Source of the DNA: Spirochaetia bacterium
GTDB taxonomy: Bacteria > Spirochaetota > Spirochaetia > G963692905
NCBI GenBank assembly: GCA_965220165.1
Contig: CBDCPJ010000053.1
Coordinates: forward strand, 7,143-71,142
Direction: 5' to 3'
DNA length: 64,000 nt
This document shows, piece after piece, positions 55,667 to 64,000 of the stretch. How positions within the stretch are numbered: the stretch's first letter is position 1; each line of letters begins with the position of its first letter. Made by a program: the position numbers and the translations under genes. The notes beneath the pieces were generated by a model that was not told where the DNA came from, did no database searches, and worked only from the letters and a program-made list of their open reading frames with translations.

Positions 55667-56330
55667 TCCTCAGGTCGTTAAACGTATCACTGAAGGGAGA
55701 GAGCTTGCTCCGGGATATGGGCAACAGCGCGATATTATTGCGTTGTCTATCGATTTGCGAGGGTTTTCCGTATTTTCTATATCTCATACTCCGAAAGAGG
55801 TTATGTCTACACTTTCGAGCTACCAAAAGCAGGTTATTCCTATTATTACCCGGAATCACGGCGCGATAGACAAATTTATGGGCGATGGGATGCTTATTCA
55901 TTTTGGCGCTGTTGACGAGCGACCCGATTATGCCGCCAATGCGTTGCGAGCGACCGAAGAGATTATCAAAGAGCTTACGATATGGAATGACGAACGAGTC
56001 GACGAGGGGAAATCGGTAATTCAATTTGGTATCGGCGCGTCGCTTGGAACGGTTGTTTTTGGCACTGTGGGCAACGAGGAGCGCCTTGAATTTACGGTAA
56101 TTGGCAAGGCGGTCAATAGTTCGGCAAAATTTGAGTCGCATAATAAAAAGCTAAAGACCTACTTTATTACTACCTATCGAACATATAAAGCCGCCGTAGA
56201 GCAGGGGTATCGTCCAGCTATTAAATATCGTAAATATGTTAATCAACATGTTCCCGGGCTTCCGGACGCGCTTGATTTGGTGGGTATACCGATGTCTGTC
56301 GTGCAACAGAGCGGGGAGTTGGCGCGATGA
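55557..56330 (+). CDS. class III adenylate/guanylate cyclase catalytic domain (downstream part of split gene)
   Basis: RDIIALSIDLRGFS, FMGDGMLIHFG, TVIGKAVNSSAKFE are CHD motifs. Real N-terminus supplied by 54983 ORF after -1 correction. Confidence 0.6.
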   Translation: MCWWASCCILGCIVQSSMLAFSRQQDVAVRSMSSFFNPQVVKRITEGRELAPGYGQQRDIIALSIDLRGFSVFSISHTPKEVMSTLSSYQKQVIPIITRNHGAIDKFMGDGMLIHFGAVDERPDYAANALRATEEIIKELTIWNDERVDEGKSVIQFGIGASLGTVVFGTVGNEERLEFTVIGKAVNSSAKFESHNKKLKTYFITTYRTYKAAVEQGYRPAIKYRKYVNQHVPGLPDALDLVGIPMSVVQQSGELAR

Positions 56331-56383
56331 TTTTTTGCGCGTAATTTCTTGATTCGCGATATTTTTCGCAGTAGTATTATAGT

Positions 56384-57139
56384 ATGATAACGATACTGTA
56401 TAATTTTGTTCGGAATGTTCGGTTTTGTTCAAAGGAGCGGAGAGCGTTGAACAGGGGGGGATTGCCTGTGGCGAAGACATGTTTTTTGGCGACGGGGCTC
56501 TTTTTGATGGCGGCGCTTTCCGCGGGGGTGTTTGCGCAGGAAGGTTTTGAGTTGTTTGGCGGCGAGATTCCCGAAGAAGAGGTCGATGATACGCAGAGCT
56601 ATAATTTTTTTAAGAATGGAGGGCATTGGTACACGATTACCGTTCCCCAAGATATATGGCATTATCAACCCGATGTTGCTTCGCATGTGGGAAGCGATAG
56701 TTTTTTTCTTGTGCAAGGGTACTCCGCTGACGACTCGCCCGCGGGAATTATGACATACGTAGTGGAGCGGGTTACGCAAGGTCGCTCGTTCGAGCACTAC
56801 GTGGAGACCGAAAAACGGAGTATTATGGATGATGGGCGCGAACTGGTCTACGAAGCGCTTCCTTGGGATGTCGACAATTATTATGGGCACGATGTTGTTG
56901 TGGGGCAGATAACCCAATCAGGGCAGGATTTTGTGCAATACGTGGCATTTTTTAACGCCGATTTGGACTATTATATCAAGATTGTTATGCAGGTGTTTTC
57001 GTCGAAACAGTATTATGCCGATCAATTTCGTTTTATTGCCGAGCGGGCGCAGTTGTTGCCCTATTCCATAGAACTTGAAGAATCGTTCGCGAATAGCCAA
57101 TTGCCGGAGGGTTTCTCCGATGAATTGCCTCTGAGGTGA
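56384..57139 (+). CDS. hypothetical secreted protein
   Basis: Signal peptide ...LFLMAALSAGVFAQ. No motif. Confidence 0.4.
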   Translation: MITILYNFVRNVRFCSKERRALNRGGLPVAKTCFLATGLFLMAALSAGVFAQEGFELFGGEIPEEEVDDTQSYNFFKNGGHWYTITVPQDIWHYQPDVASHVGSDSFFLVQGYSADDSPAGIMTYVVERVTQGRSFEHYVETEKRSIMDDGRELVYEALPWDVDNYYGHDVVVGQITQSGQDFVQYVAFFNADLDYYIKIVMQVFSSKQYYADQFRFIAERAQLLPYSIELEESFANSQLPEGFSDELPLR

Positions 57140-57723
57140 CGCTGTGCGTTGTCGCCCATCCCAAGCTCGATAGTCTATGCTTTGCCGCGGTCGATGCCGT
57201 TCGACGCGGCGTAGCGTCCAATAACGATCCATTTGTGTTGCATGATCTCTATCGCGATCGGTTTGATCCGGTATTAAGCGAAGATGATTTTCGACGCAAT
57301 TTTAGCTTTGACAAGAAGATCCAACAATATCAGCGAGATTTGCGCGGGTGCGATCTATGGGTGATCGTCTATCCCGAGTGGTGGGGGCAGACGCCGGCAA
57401 TTCTTAAGGGGTGGTTGGACTGCGTGTTGCGGGTGGAGATAGCATATCGTTTTAATGACGAGTCGTCAGCGTCGGAGGATGCGATCGGGCTGTTGGCTGA
57501 AAAAAAGGCGTTGATATGTTGCGTCACCGCCGCGTCGACGCGGATTGCTTCGTCGATTGAGCCAATTTGGAACAATGCGCTTGCATTTTGCGGCATCAAG
57601 CGGTATGCTATAGAGACACTTCGCGACGTGCGTTCTTCAAGCAAAATGGTTCGCAATCGGTGGCTTGAGACGATACGAGCGCGGGCGGAAAAATTTTCTT
57701 GTCACAGGAGTTGTAGCGAATGA
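57136..57723 (+). CDS. NAD(P)H dehydrogenase (quinone)-like flavodoxin_2 family protein
   Basis: MTLCVVAHPKLDSL...CDLWVIVYPEWWGQTPAILKGWLD is the Flavodoxin_2/NQO-type pattern. Confidence 0.6.
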   Translation: MTLCVVAHPKLDSLCFAAVDAVRRGVASNNDPFVLHDLYRDRFDPVLSEDDFRRNFSFDKKIQQYQRDLRGCDLWVIVYPEWWGQTPAILKGWLDCVLRVEIAYRFNDESSASEDAIGLLAEKKALICCVTAASTRIASSIEPIWNNALAFCGIKRYAIETLRDVRSSSKMVRNRWLETIRARAEKFSCHRSCSE

Positions 57724-58601
57724 AGCATACTATTTTTATTCTGTTTTTGATGGGTTTTTTTTGTAGTGCCGCGGCGCTGTTTGCGGGCGGAAGTCCGGAG
57801 ATGGCCGATGAACATATGTCGGAAGACGGCATGGCAAAGGATGAGTCTGGCGAGATGATGGATATGGGCGAGTCGCTATTTGGGCTTCCCAATCTTAATG
57901 GGCAAACGGTTGTTGCCGTCACGGGCAATGACTATATTCCGCTTAATTTTGTCGATCCCAATACCGGAGAGTCGATTGGATGGGAATATGACGCTGTCAA
58001 TGAAATTTGCCGGCGGCTCAACTGCAAAGTCGATTGGCAGGTTACGTCGTGGGAGACGATGATTGAGGCGGTGCGCGTTGGTCAATTCGATGTTGGCATG
58101 GACGGGATAACGATTACCGAGGAGCGGGGGCAACAGGTTGATTTTTCCGATCCCTATCTTACCTCTGAGATTTTTATGCTGGCGAGGGCCGATGAGAATC
58201 GTTTTAGCGATGCCGCTTCGTTTGCCAACGATCCCGATCTTTTGGTTGGGGCGCAACCGGGCACCACAAATTTTTACGCCGCCGTCTACGATGTTTTGGA
58301 TGGAGACGAGTCAAATCCTCGCGTTAAGCTATTCGATTCCTTTGGCGTATCGGTTCAGGCGTTGCTGGCCGGCGATGTCGATACCGTGCTTATGGATAAC
58401 ACAAGCGCCCAAGGCTATATGGGAGCCAATCCAAATCAGCTGAAAGTGGTGGGCGGTTCGCTGAGCACCGATGATTTCGGGTTTATTTTTACCCCCGGTT
58501 CCGCTTTGGTTGGGCCGTTCAACGAGGCATTGATGACGATGCTTTCGGACGGTTTTATTGAACGGTTAAATGTAAAGTGGTTTTTCGAATACGGTTCTTA
58601 A
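57720..58601 (+). CDS. amino-acid ABC transporter substrate-binding protein (family 3)
   Basis: Signal peptide. SBP_bac_3-like. Operon with permease and ATPase. Confidence 0.7.
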   Translation: MKHTIFILFLMGFFCSAAALFAGGSPEMADEHMSEDGMAKDESGEMMDMGESLFGLPNLNGQTVVAVTGNDYIPLNFVDPNTGESIGWEYDAVNEICRRLNCKVDWQVTSWETMIEAVRVGQFDVGMDGITITEERGQQVDFSDPYLTSEIFMLARADENRFSDAASFANDPDLLVGAQPGTTNFYAAVYDVLDGDESNPRVKLFDSFGVSVQALLAGDVDTVLMDNTSAQGYMGANPNQLKVVGGSLSTDDFGFIFTPGSALVGPFNEALMTMLSDGFIERLNVKWFFEYGS

Positions 58602-58607
58602 TTGTAG

Positions 58608-59465
58608 TTGAATCAAGTTCTCTTGCGTTCTACCGAACGTCGCTCTTTTAGAGCCCATCTTATACCAATAGGGGATGGCCTTTCGCGCCTCCCGTATTGG
58701 TTGCTCGCAATTATTCTTATTGGCATATTTGCGTTCTGGGGCGCGATGAGCGACGAGAACTATCGCACGATATTTCGCGCCACGCGACAGGGTGTCTTCA
58801 CCACCATCTATGTTACGCTCATCGCCTATACGGGCGCCACATTGTTTGGGCTTGTGCTTGGGCTGATGAGAAGCGCGAAAAATAGAGTCCTGCGCGAGAT
58901 ATCCACATTCTATATTGAGATAGTGCGCGGCATACCGATGCTGGTTATCCTCTATTATATGGCATTTGTGGGAGCTCCGGTGCTTGTGGCGGTCATCAAT
59001 TGGTTTGGAACGCCGCTTATCAACGCCGGCATAGTGGGCAGTATGACCGTTCGCCACCTTAACTTTGTGTGGCGAGCGATTATCGCGCTTATGGTGGGCT
59101 ATAGCGCGTTTATCGCCGAGATATTCCGGGCGGGCATCGAGTCTATCCATCGGGGACAACTGGAGGCCGCTTTGGCTCTGGGGATGCGGAGGGGGCAAGC
59201 ATTGCGGTATGTTATTCTGCCGCAGGCTATTCGTAATGTTTTGCCGCCATTGGGAAACGATTTTATCGCTATGCTCAAAGATTCCGCGCTTGTTTCGGTG
59301 CTTGGCGTTCAGGATATTACCCAGCTTGGCAGGGTATACGCCTCGTCTACCTTTCGTTTTTTTGAGACATACAATATCGTCGCGATGCTCTATTTAGTGA
59401 TGACTATTTCGCTTTCTATACTGGTGCGGACGTTAGAGAAGTATCTACAACGCCATCGCCATTGA
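58608..59465 (+). CDS. amino-acid ABC transporter permease
   Basis: HisM/GlnP-like with EAA-type loop ([22 protein letters not shown]). Confidence 0.8.
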   Translation: MNQVLLRSTERRSFRAHLIPIGDGLSRLPYWLLAIILIGIFAFWGAMSDENYRTIFRATRQGVFTTIYVTLIAYTGATLFGLVLGLMRSAKNRVLREISTFYIEIVRGIPMLVILYYMAFVGAPVLVAVINWFGTPLINAGIVGSMTVRHLNFVWRAIIALMVGYSAFIAEIFRAGIESIHRGQLEAALALGMRRGQALRYVILPQAIRNVLPPLGNDFIAMLKDSALVSVLGVQDITQLGRVYASSTFRFFETYNIVAMLYLVMTISLSILVRTLEKYLQRHRH

Positions 59466-60280
59466 TGAATGTCAAAGATATGCGGGGCAAAAAGTTCGAT
59501 GGCGAGTGGGGCGGAACGAAGGGCGGCACCGGCGGAACGGGCGACGGCAAGCAATCGAAAGATATCGTTTGCGTTTCCGGTCTAAGCAAACGTTATGGCG
59601 ATAATTTGGTATTGGACAATGTTAATTTTACTGTTCGGCGCGGCACGGTCTGCGTAATAATCGGTCCGTCGGGCGGCGGGAAAAGCACATTATTGCGATG
59701 CGTCAATGGTTTGGCGTGGCCTACGGCCGGCAATGTCGTTATCGACGGTGTCGCTATAACGAATAGAAATATCGGACATATTCGCCGCTCTGTCGGCCTT
59801 GTTTTCCAGAATTTTAATCTTTTTCCCCATCTTACGGCGATGGCCAATATTATGTTGGCGCCGAGAGTGACTCAACGCCGGCCAAAGAGTGAGGTGGAGC
59901 TACAGGCGCGGGAATTGCTGGATATGGTTGGGCTTCCCGATAAGTCAGACGCTTTCCCCGATCAGCTTTCTGGGGGGCAACAGCAGCGAGTCGCTATCGC
60001 TCGGGCGCTGGCGGTTAATCCGTCGTTGCTACTTTTTGACGAACCTACATCTGCGCTGGATCCCGAGATGATCGGCGAGGTGCTTGATGTGATGATGCGG
60101 CTTGTGAAGGAGCATATGACTATGATCGTTGTTTCTCATGAGATGGGTTTTGTAAAAAAAGCGGCGGATGATGTAATATTATTGGACAATGGCAGGATTG
60201 TCGAGCGCGGCACTCCGCAACGTATTTTTAATGCTCCTCGCCATGAGCGAACTCGCGATTTTCTTGAAAAAATATTATAG
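59462..60280 (+). CDS. amino-acid ABC transporter ATP-binding protein
   Basis: [36 protein letters not shown]. Confidence 0.85.
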   Translation: MMNVKDMRGKKFDGEWGGTKGGTGGTGDGKQSKDIVCVSGLSKRYGDNLVLDNVNFTVRRGTVCVIIGPSGGGKSTLLRCVNGLAWPTAGNVVIDGVAITNRNIGHIRRSVGLVFQNFNLFPHLTAMANIMLAPRVTQRRPKSEVELQARELLDMVGLPDKSDAFPDQLSGGQQQRVAIARALAVNPSLLLFDEPTSALDPEMIGEVLDVMMRLVKEHMTMIVVSHEMGFVKKAADDVILLDNGRIVERGTPQRIFNAPRHERTRDFLEKIL

Positions 60281-60308
60281 CGAAGCGCGCTTCATTAGTT
60301 CAGCTTCG

Positions 60309-60926
60309 TTAGTTCTTTGAAGGCATAAAGCCGGTGATGGCTATAACTTCCTGAATGCCTCCCATTTCTTGCATCGCCAAATGCCAGATGCGTCTAGGTG
60401 TAATAGGGGAGAACGGGAACACATACTTTGCGGCGGCGGGGCGAGTTACCCAAAGGCCTTCTTTAATCTCATTTTCCAGTTGATTGGCGCCCCAGCCGGC
60501 ATAGCCAATGTAGAGGTGTACGGCTTCTCGCTGTTCGACGGGAACCGATTCCCATTTATTTTGCAGGTAATAGAGTAGCATAGGGAAATCAGGCTCGAAT
60601 GTTACGTTTGGAATTGGCACGACAGCGTTTGAGCTGTTCATTTCGGCGGGTAGTCCTGAATGTATGCCGCAAAGAAAATCGGGTTGCACAGGTCCTCCTA
60701 AGTAGATCGGGAGATTGCTAAACGCCTTTTCGCTAAATGGCGGGGCGATATCGCCCAGCGTTTTATCGGTTGCCTTGTTCACTATGATTCCCAACGCGCC
60801 TTTTTCGTCATGAAAGATGATGAGAATTACCGAGGCGCCAAATCCAGCGTTCGTGTCGCCGTTGGTCGACAAGAGAAATGATCCGGCGAGATTCTTTGAC
60901 GGCTTTGTGATCTTTTTTCTTATCAT
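60309..60926 (-). CDS. YqgE/AlgH family protein (UPF0301)
   Basis: N-terminal LAGSFLLSTNGDTNAGF...SVILIIFHDEKGALGIIVNK pattern. Confidence 0.65.
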   Translation of the reverse strand: MIRKKITKPSKNLAGSFLLSTNGDTNAGFGASVILIIFHDEKGALGIIVNKATDKTLGDIAPPFSEKAFSNLPIYLGGPVQPDFLCGIHSGLPAEMNSSNAVVPIPNVTFEPDFPMLLYYLQNKWESVPVEQREAVHLYIGYAGWGANQLENEIKEGLWVTRPAAAKYVFPFSPITPRRIWHLAMQEMGGIQEVIAITGFMPSKN

Positions 60927-61039
60927 ACTACTATAATATAGTATATATTATTCATTTGGATGTCAAAATTTATACTTTATTTTAATTATATCGTTAGCTA
61001 TACGATAGGTTTTTTGTATGTTACCAGTATCATAGTATA

Positions 61040-62626
61040 ATGTCTTATGGAGTATCTGGCGAGCGCTGTTCATCACGCTCGGTTGTGATTATCGGGGCCG
61101 GAATGGGTGGCTTATCCGCCGCGGCTTTTCTGGCGAAGGGAGGATTTCGCGTAACGGTCATCGATCGGCTATCGGCAGTCGGCGGTCGGATTCAAACGCT
61201 AGAACGCGATGGATTTCGTTTTGATATGGGCCCCAGTTGGTACTGGATGCCCGACGAACATGATCGCTGGTTTCGCATGTTCGGGGAGAATCGCCAAGAT
61301 TTGTACGCAATCAGCCGTGTCGACCCCAGTTATCGGATATTCTTTACTGGTTCGGGGGCAGTATCGCTTGATCTTCCTGCCAATTTAGACGCAGCTTGCG
61401 ACTGTTTTGAGTCTATCGAATCTGGGGCGGGGAATCGTTTGAGGGAATATCTTGATCTTTGCGAGCGACGCTACCGAATGGTGATGGACAATTTTATTTA
61501 CCGCAACTGGCGATTTCGCGGTAGTATCGTTAATCGAAAGACATTTATGAATTTACCGTTGCTCAGATTAATGAGCAACTATCGTCGAGAGACGAGACGT
61601 TTTTTCCGCCACCCGCATCTTCTTAAGATTCTTGAATTTCCGTCGGTATTTCTTGGCTCTAATCCGCAAAAGACGCCGGCGATCTATACGCTAATGAACC
61701 ATATTGATTTTTGCCTTGGCACGTGGTATCCGGCCGGCGGATTTAGATCGGTGGCGGAGTCGATGCGGTTGGTCGCTGAGCGGCAAGGCGTTCAGTTTAT
61801 GCTGGACACCGAGGCGCGGGGACTGGTTGTGGAGCGAGGAGCGGCCGCTAGAATCAGCGAATGGGCGCGCGGGCGTAGCGGGCGGCGGCGGCGCGTCGTT
61901 GCTATACGCGCGAATCGCGGCGGCCGTGTTGTCGAGCTGGATGCCGATATTGTCGCCTGCAACGCCGATTACCATTTTGTCGAGCAAGAATTGCTTGCGA
62001 AAGGCGATCGTTCCTATTCGGAGCGATATTGGCGCCGAAGGAATCTTGCCCCGTCCGCGCTCAATTTTTATGTCGGCATCGATTGCAAATTGGAGGAGTT
62101 GCGACATCATACCTTTTTCTTTGATCACGACTGGGATGATCATTTTGACGCCGTATATCATCACCCTCGCCGCGTCGATGATCCGTTGTTCTATATCCAT
62201 CTACCTTCTCATAGCGATCCCACCGCCGCTCCTCGTGGGCGATCAGCGTTATTCATTTTGGTTCCTATTGCTCCCGGTCTTGAATTGTCAAGTGATGAGA
62301 TTGAGACGCTGTTCCAACGAATCATCGCGCGAATCGAACGATGTTGCCAACGTCCAATTGCGCCGCATATTATGTTTTCCCAATCATATACCGTGAAGGA
62401 TTATCAACGCGATTTTCATTCCTATCGCGGCAACGCTTTCGGTCTTGGCCAGACATTGTGGCAGACTGCCAGCTTTCGCCCGAACAATCGATCTCGTCGT
62501 ATCTCTAATCTCTACTACTGCGGTCATTATACTACGCCGGGCACCGGAACCACGATGAGTATGATTTCCGGCGAGATGGTCGCGAGACGTATTATTGAGG
62601 AGTGGGGCGCAGAGAGCGTCGATTGA
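61040..62626 (+). CDS. FAD-dependent oxidoreductase, phytoene desaturase (CrtI)-like
   Basis: N-terminal dinucleotide fold VVIIGAGMGGLSAAAFLAKGGFRVTVIDR...GGR. 528 aa. Confidence 0.65.
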   Translation: MSYGVSGERCSSRSVVIIGAGMGGLSAAAFLAKGGFRVTVIDRLSAVGGRIQTLERDGFRFDMGPSWYWMPDEHDRWFRMFGENRQDLYAISRVDPSYRIFFTGSGAVSLDLPANLDAACDCFESIESGAGNRLREYLDLCERRYRMVMDNFIYRNWRFRGSIVNRKTFMNLPLLRLMSNYRRETRRFFRHPHLLKILEFPSVFLGSNPQKTPAIYTLMNHIDFCLGTWYPAGGFRSVAESMRLVAERQGVQFMLDTEARGLVVERGAAARISEWARGRSGRRRRVVAIRANRGGRVVELDADIVACNADYHFVEQELLAKGDRSYSERYWRRRNLAPSALNFYVGIDCKLEELRHHTFFFDHDWDDHFDAVYHHPRRVDDPLFYIHLPSHSDPTAAPRGRSALFILVPIAPGLELSSDEIETLFQRIIARIERCCQRPIAPHIMFSQSYTVKDYQRDFHSYRGNAFGLGQTLWQTASFRPNNRSRRISNLYYCGHYTTPGTGTTMSMISGEMVARRIIEEWGAESVD

Positions 62627-62634
62627 CGGTTTGA

Positions 62635-64000
62635 TTAGTGGATATGAGGAATATTGAGCTCCGTGCCGTCGGGGGCAAAATGATAGTCTATGTCGTCATG
62701 GGAATGCGCGGCGTCATCTTCATGCGAATGAGAATGTTCAACCGATTCATAGTGTATATTGTATAGATCGTTAAGCATGAGTTGTTGCTCAATGGGGGGC
62801 TCTGCGCCTGACTGTTCCAATATTTCCATGTAGGTTTTTGCGGTAACTACTCCCGTGCCGTTTTCCGCAAAATAGTCGAGCATTTCGACGAACTCATCCA
62901 GCGATGCTTTGTTCCACGTAGATGGATGAACTTGCACTACGCAAAGATCGGGCGCGGCGTTTCGGTATTCGCTATAGCTGAAGTCAAAATGATAACGTCC
63001 AGTGAGGCGTTCAGATGCGCCGGGGCATCCTATAACAATAGGTATAAGATTATTACTCCGTGCCATTTGGATATTACTGGGAGATCCAAGGACAAAAATA
63101 GTTTTATATCCAAATTCATTGAGAAGAGGGAATAAATTTGAGTCTACCGCGTTATTCGGCGGCAGGAATGAGCTGTGCAAACATTGATCGATATCTTCCG
63201 CCGGAAGATTATTGCATATAAGGTCTGGCACTAACTCGCTCATTTGAGTTAACCGCTCTTGTATCCAGGTATCTGTTCTTCCAGTAAATATCGAATGCTG
63301 GGCCCCATGATCCGCTATTTCGAACCCTAATCTTGACGTCATTTGGAAGAATTCCTTGTTTTGATTGATAGCATTGCCAATCACGCCAAGCACCGCTGGA
63401 ATCGATCGTTTTATTAACTCATAGGCAAAACTGCTGTATCCTTTAAATTTTTTCGAATCTCTATTTAGCGAGGCGCCAATACGAACATTACTCCACGCCC
63501 AATCGTCTGATTTGATAATTGCGTAGCGTTGTGGTTGTTGTATCGTAAAATGGAATGATCGGAATTGTTGGGGATCTAATCCCTCTGTTTTAAGAGTAAG
63601 AATTTGCGTCGCCTGTTCTTCTCTCATTGATATAATATCGGTTTCCGATTTTATTCGAAGCCGCCAATGACTGAATTTTCCTTTTGGCGAGAGATGTATT
63701 GCTTCAAACTGGTCGCTAGTTGTTGTTTTTCCTGCTTCGTAGACCTTGACGTCTGCGTCTGGCCCAATGTCCAGAAAAAATTGAGGTCCAATGGCGCCTC
63801 GTTGGCTATCAAATATCATAACGTTGTTGAAGACGTCAATATCCACAATATTTTCTGCTACGTTTTGTCCACCGGGAGTATCGGTCGCGGTGATAGTGAG
63901 TCTATATATTCCAATGTCGCTTTCGGTAAGCGAGGAGGTTGATCGCAACTGGGTCGCCGGTCCGCTCGACGCGGTTAGTGCAAATAAGGTAAGGGCTTCA
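62635..64000 (-). CDS. hypothetical secreted protein with His-rich C-terminal tail (possible polysaccharide-deacetylase-like core). N-terminus beyond right edge.
   Basis: Reading frame open to window end. C-terminus HSHSHEDDAAHSHDDIDYH. ADHGAQHS resembles HxxxH metal motif. Confidence 0.4.
   Translation of the reverse strand, partial: EALTLFALTASSGPATQLRSTSSLTESDIGIYRLTITATDTPGGQNVAENIVDIDVFNNVMIFDSQRGAIGPQFFLDIGPDADVKVYEAGKTTTSDQFEAIHLSPKGKFSHWRLRIKSETDIISMREEQATQILTLKTEGLDPQQFRSFHFTIQQPQRYAIIKSDDWAWSNVRIGASLNRDSKKFKGYSSFAYELIKRSIPAVLGVIGNAINQNKEFFQMTSRLGFEIADHGAQHSIFTGRTDTWIQERLTQMSELVPDLICNNLPAEDIDQCLHSSFLPPNNAVDSNLFPLLNEFGYKTIFVLGSPSNIQMARSNNLIPIVIGCPGASERLTGRYHFDFSYSEYRNAAPDLCVVQVHPSTWNKASLDEFVEMLDYFAENGTGVVTAKTYMEILEQSGAEPPIEQQLMLNDLYNIHYESVEHSHSHEDDAAHSHDDIDYHFAPDGTELNIPHIH

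Overview
This 64 kb chromosomal window is mostly a conserved housekeeping backbone (~50% GC) of a diderm bacterium, with about ten short accessory or unusual loci scattered through it. Apart from one short plus-strand stretch (11.9-14.3 kb), the first ~41 kb is transcribed on the minus strand. The following ~23 kb is mainly plus-strand operons with interspersed minus-strand genes. Gene order and content look spirochaete-like, though that is inference. Pointers are gap-pgk-tpi-secG, PPi-type phosphofructokinase, pnp-rpsO, MurJ, LptF/G, DUF368, bactofilin, and Opp plus amino-acid and sugar ABC systems. Identified backbone genes include murC' (partial), DUF368, an M23/LysM peptidase, pepD, folA, pfk, a sugar ABC transporter, fabZ, tRNA-fMet, htrA, map, nusB, surA-like, dnaJ-like, secG, tpiA, pgk, gap, tRNA-Val, bactofilin, a FecCD permease with a periplasmic binding protein, murJ, tgt, lptG/lptF, dut, pnp and rpsO. 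Further along are pgm/pmm, a 2TM/RCK potassium channel with an adjacent stand-alone cNMP-binding protein, oppABCDF, glk, a UDPGP-like gene, hisI, a split membrane adenylate cyclase, an amino-acid ABC transporter, yqgE, and a CrtI-like oxidoreductase. Accessory or unusual content: (1) A ~5.1 kb defence islet sits between rpsO and pgm. It holds a Type II R-M operon (beta-class methyltransferase with a DPQY motif-IV variant, then a PD-ExK nuclease). Beside it are two tandem, mutually decayed copies of an McrB-like AAA+ GTPase gene with Walker A and QFHPSYDY motifs. (2) A dispersed ~300 bp composite repeat has three full and two partial copies. It consists of a GC-rich imperfect-palindrome module and an AT-rich module with TTGACA and extended -10 hexamers and an AAGGAGG Shine-Dalgarno site. 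It sits immediately 5' of oppA and of both mcrB-like copies. The partial copies carry compensatory base-pair changes in the central hairpin. (3) A membrane adenylate cyclase is split exactly at a T7 tract, with a C8T8 tract upstream and G-tracts in it and in a lipoprotein gene. (4) A palindromic direct-repeat pair lies upstream of the R-M operon. No CRISPR, transposase or integrase was seen.
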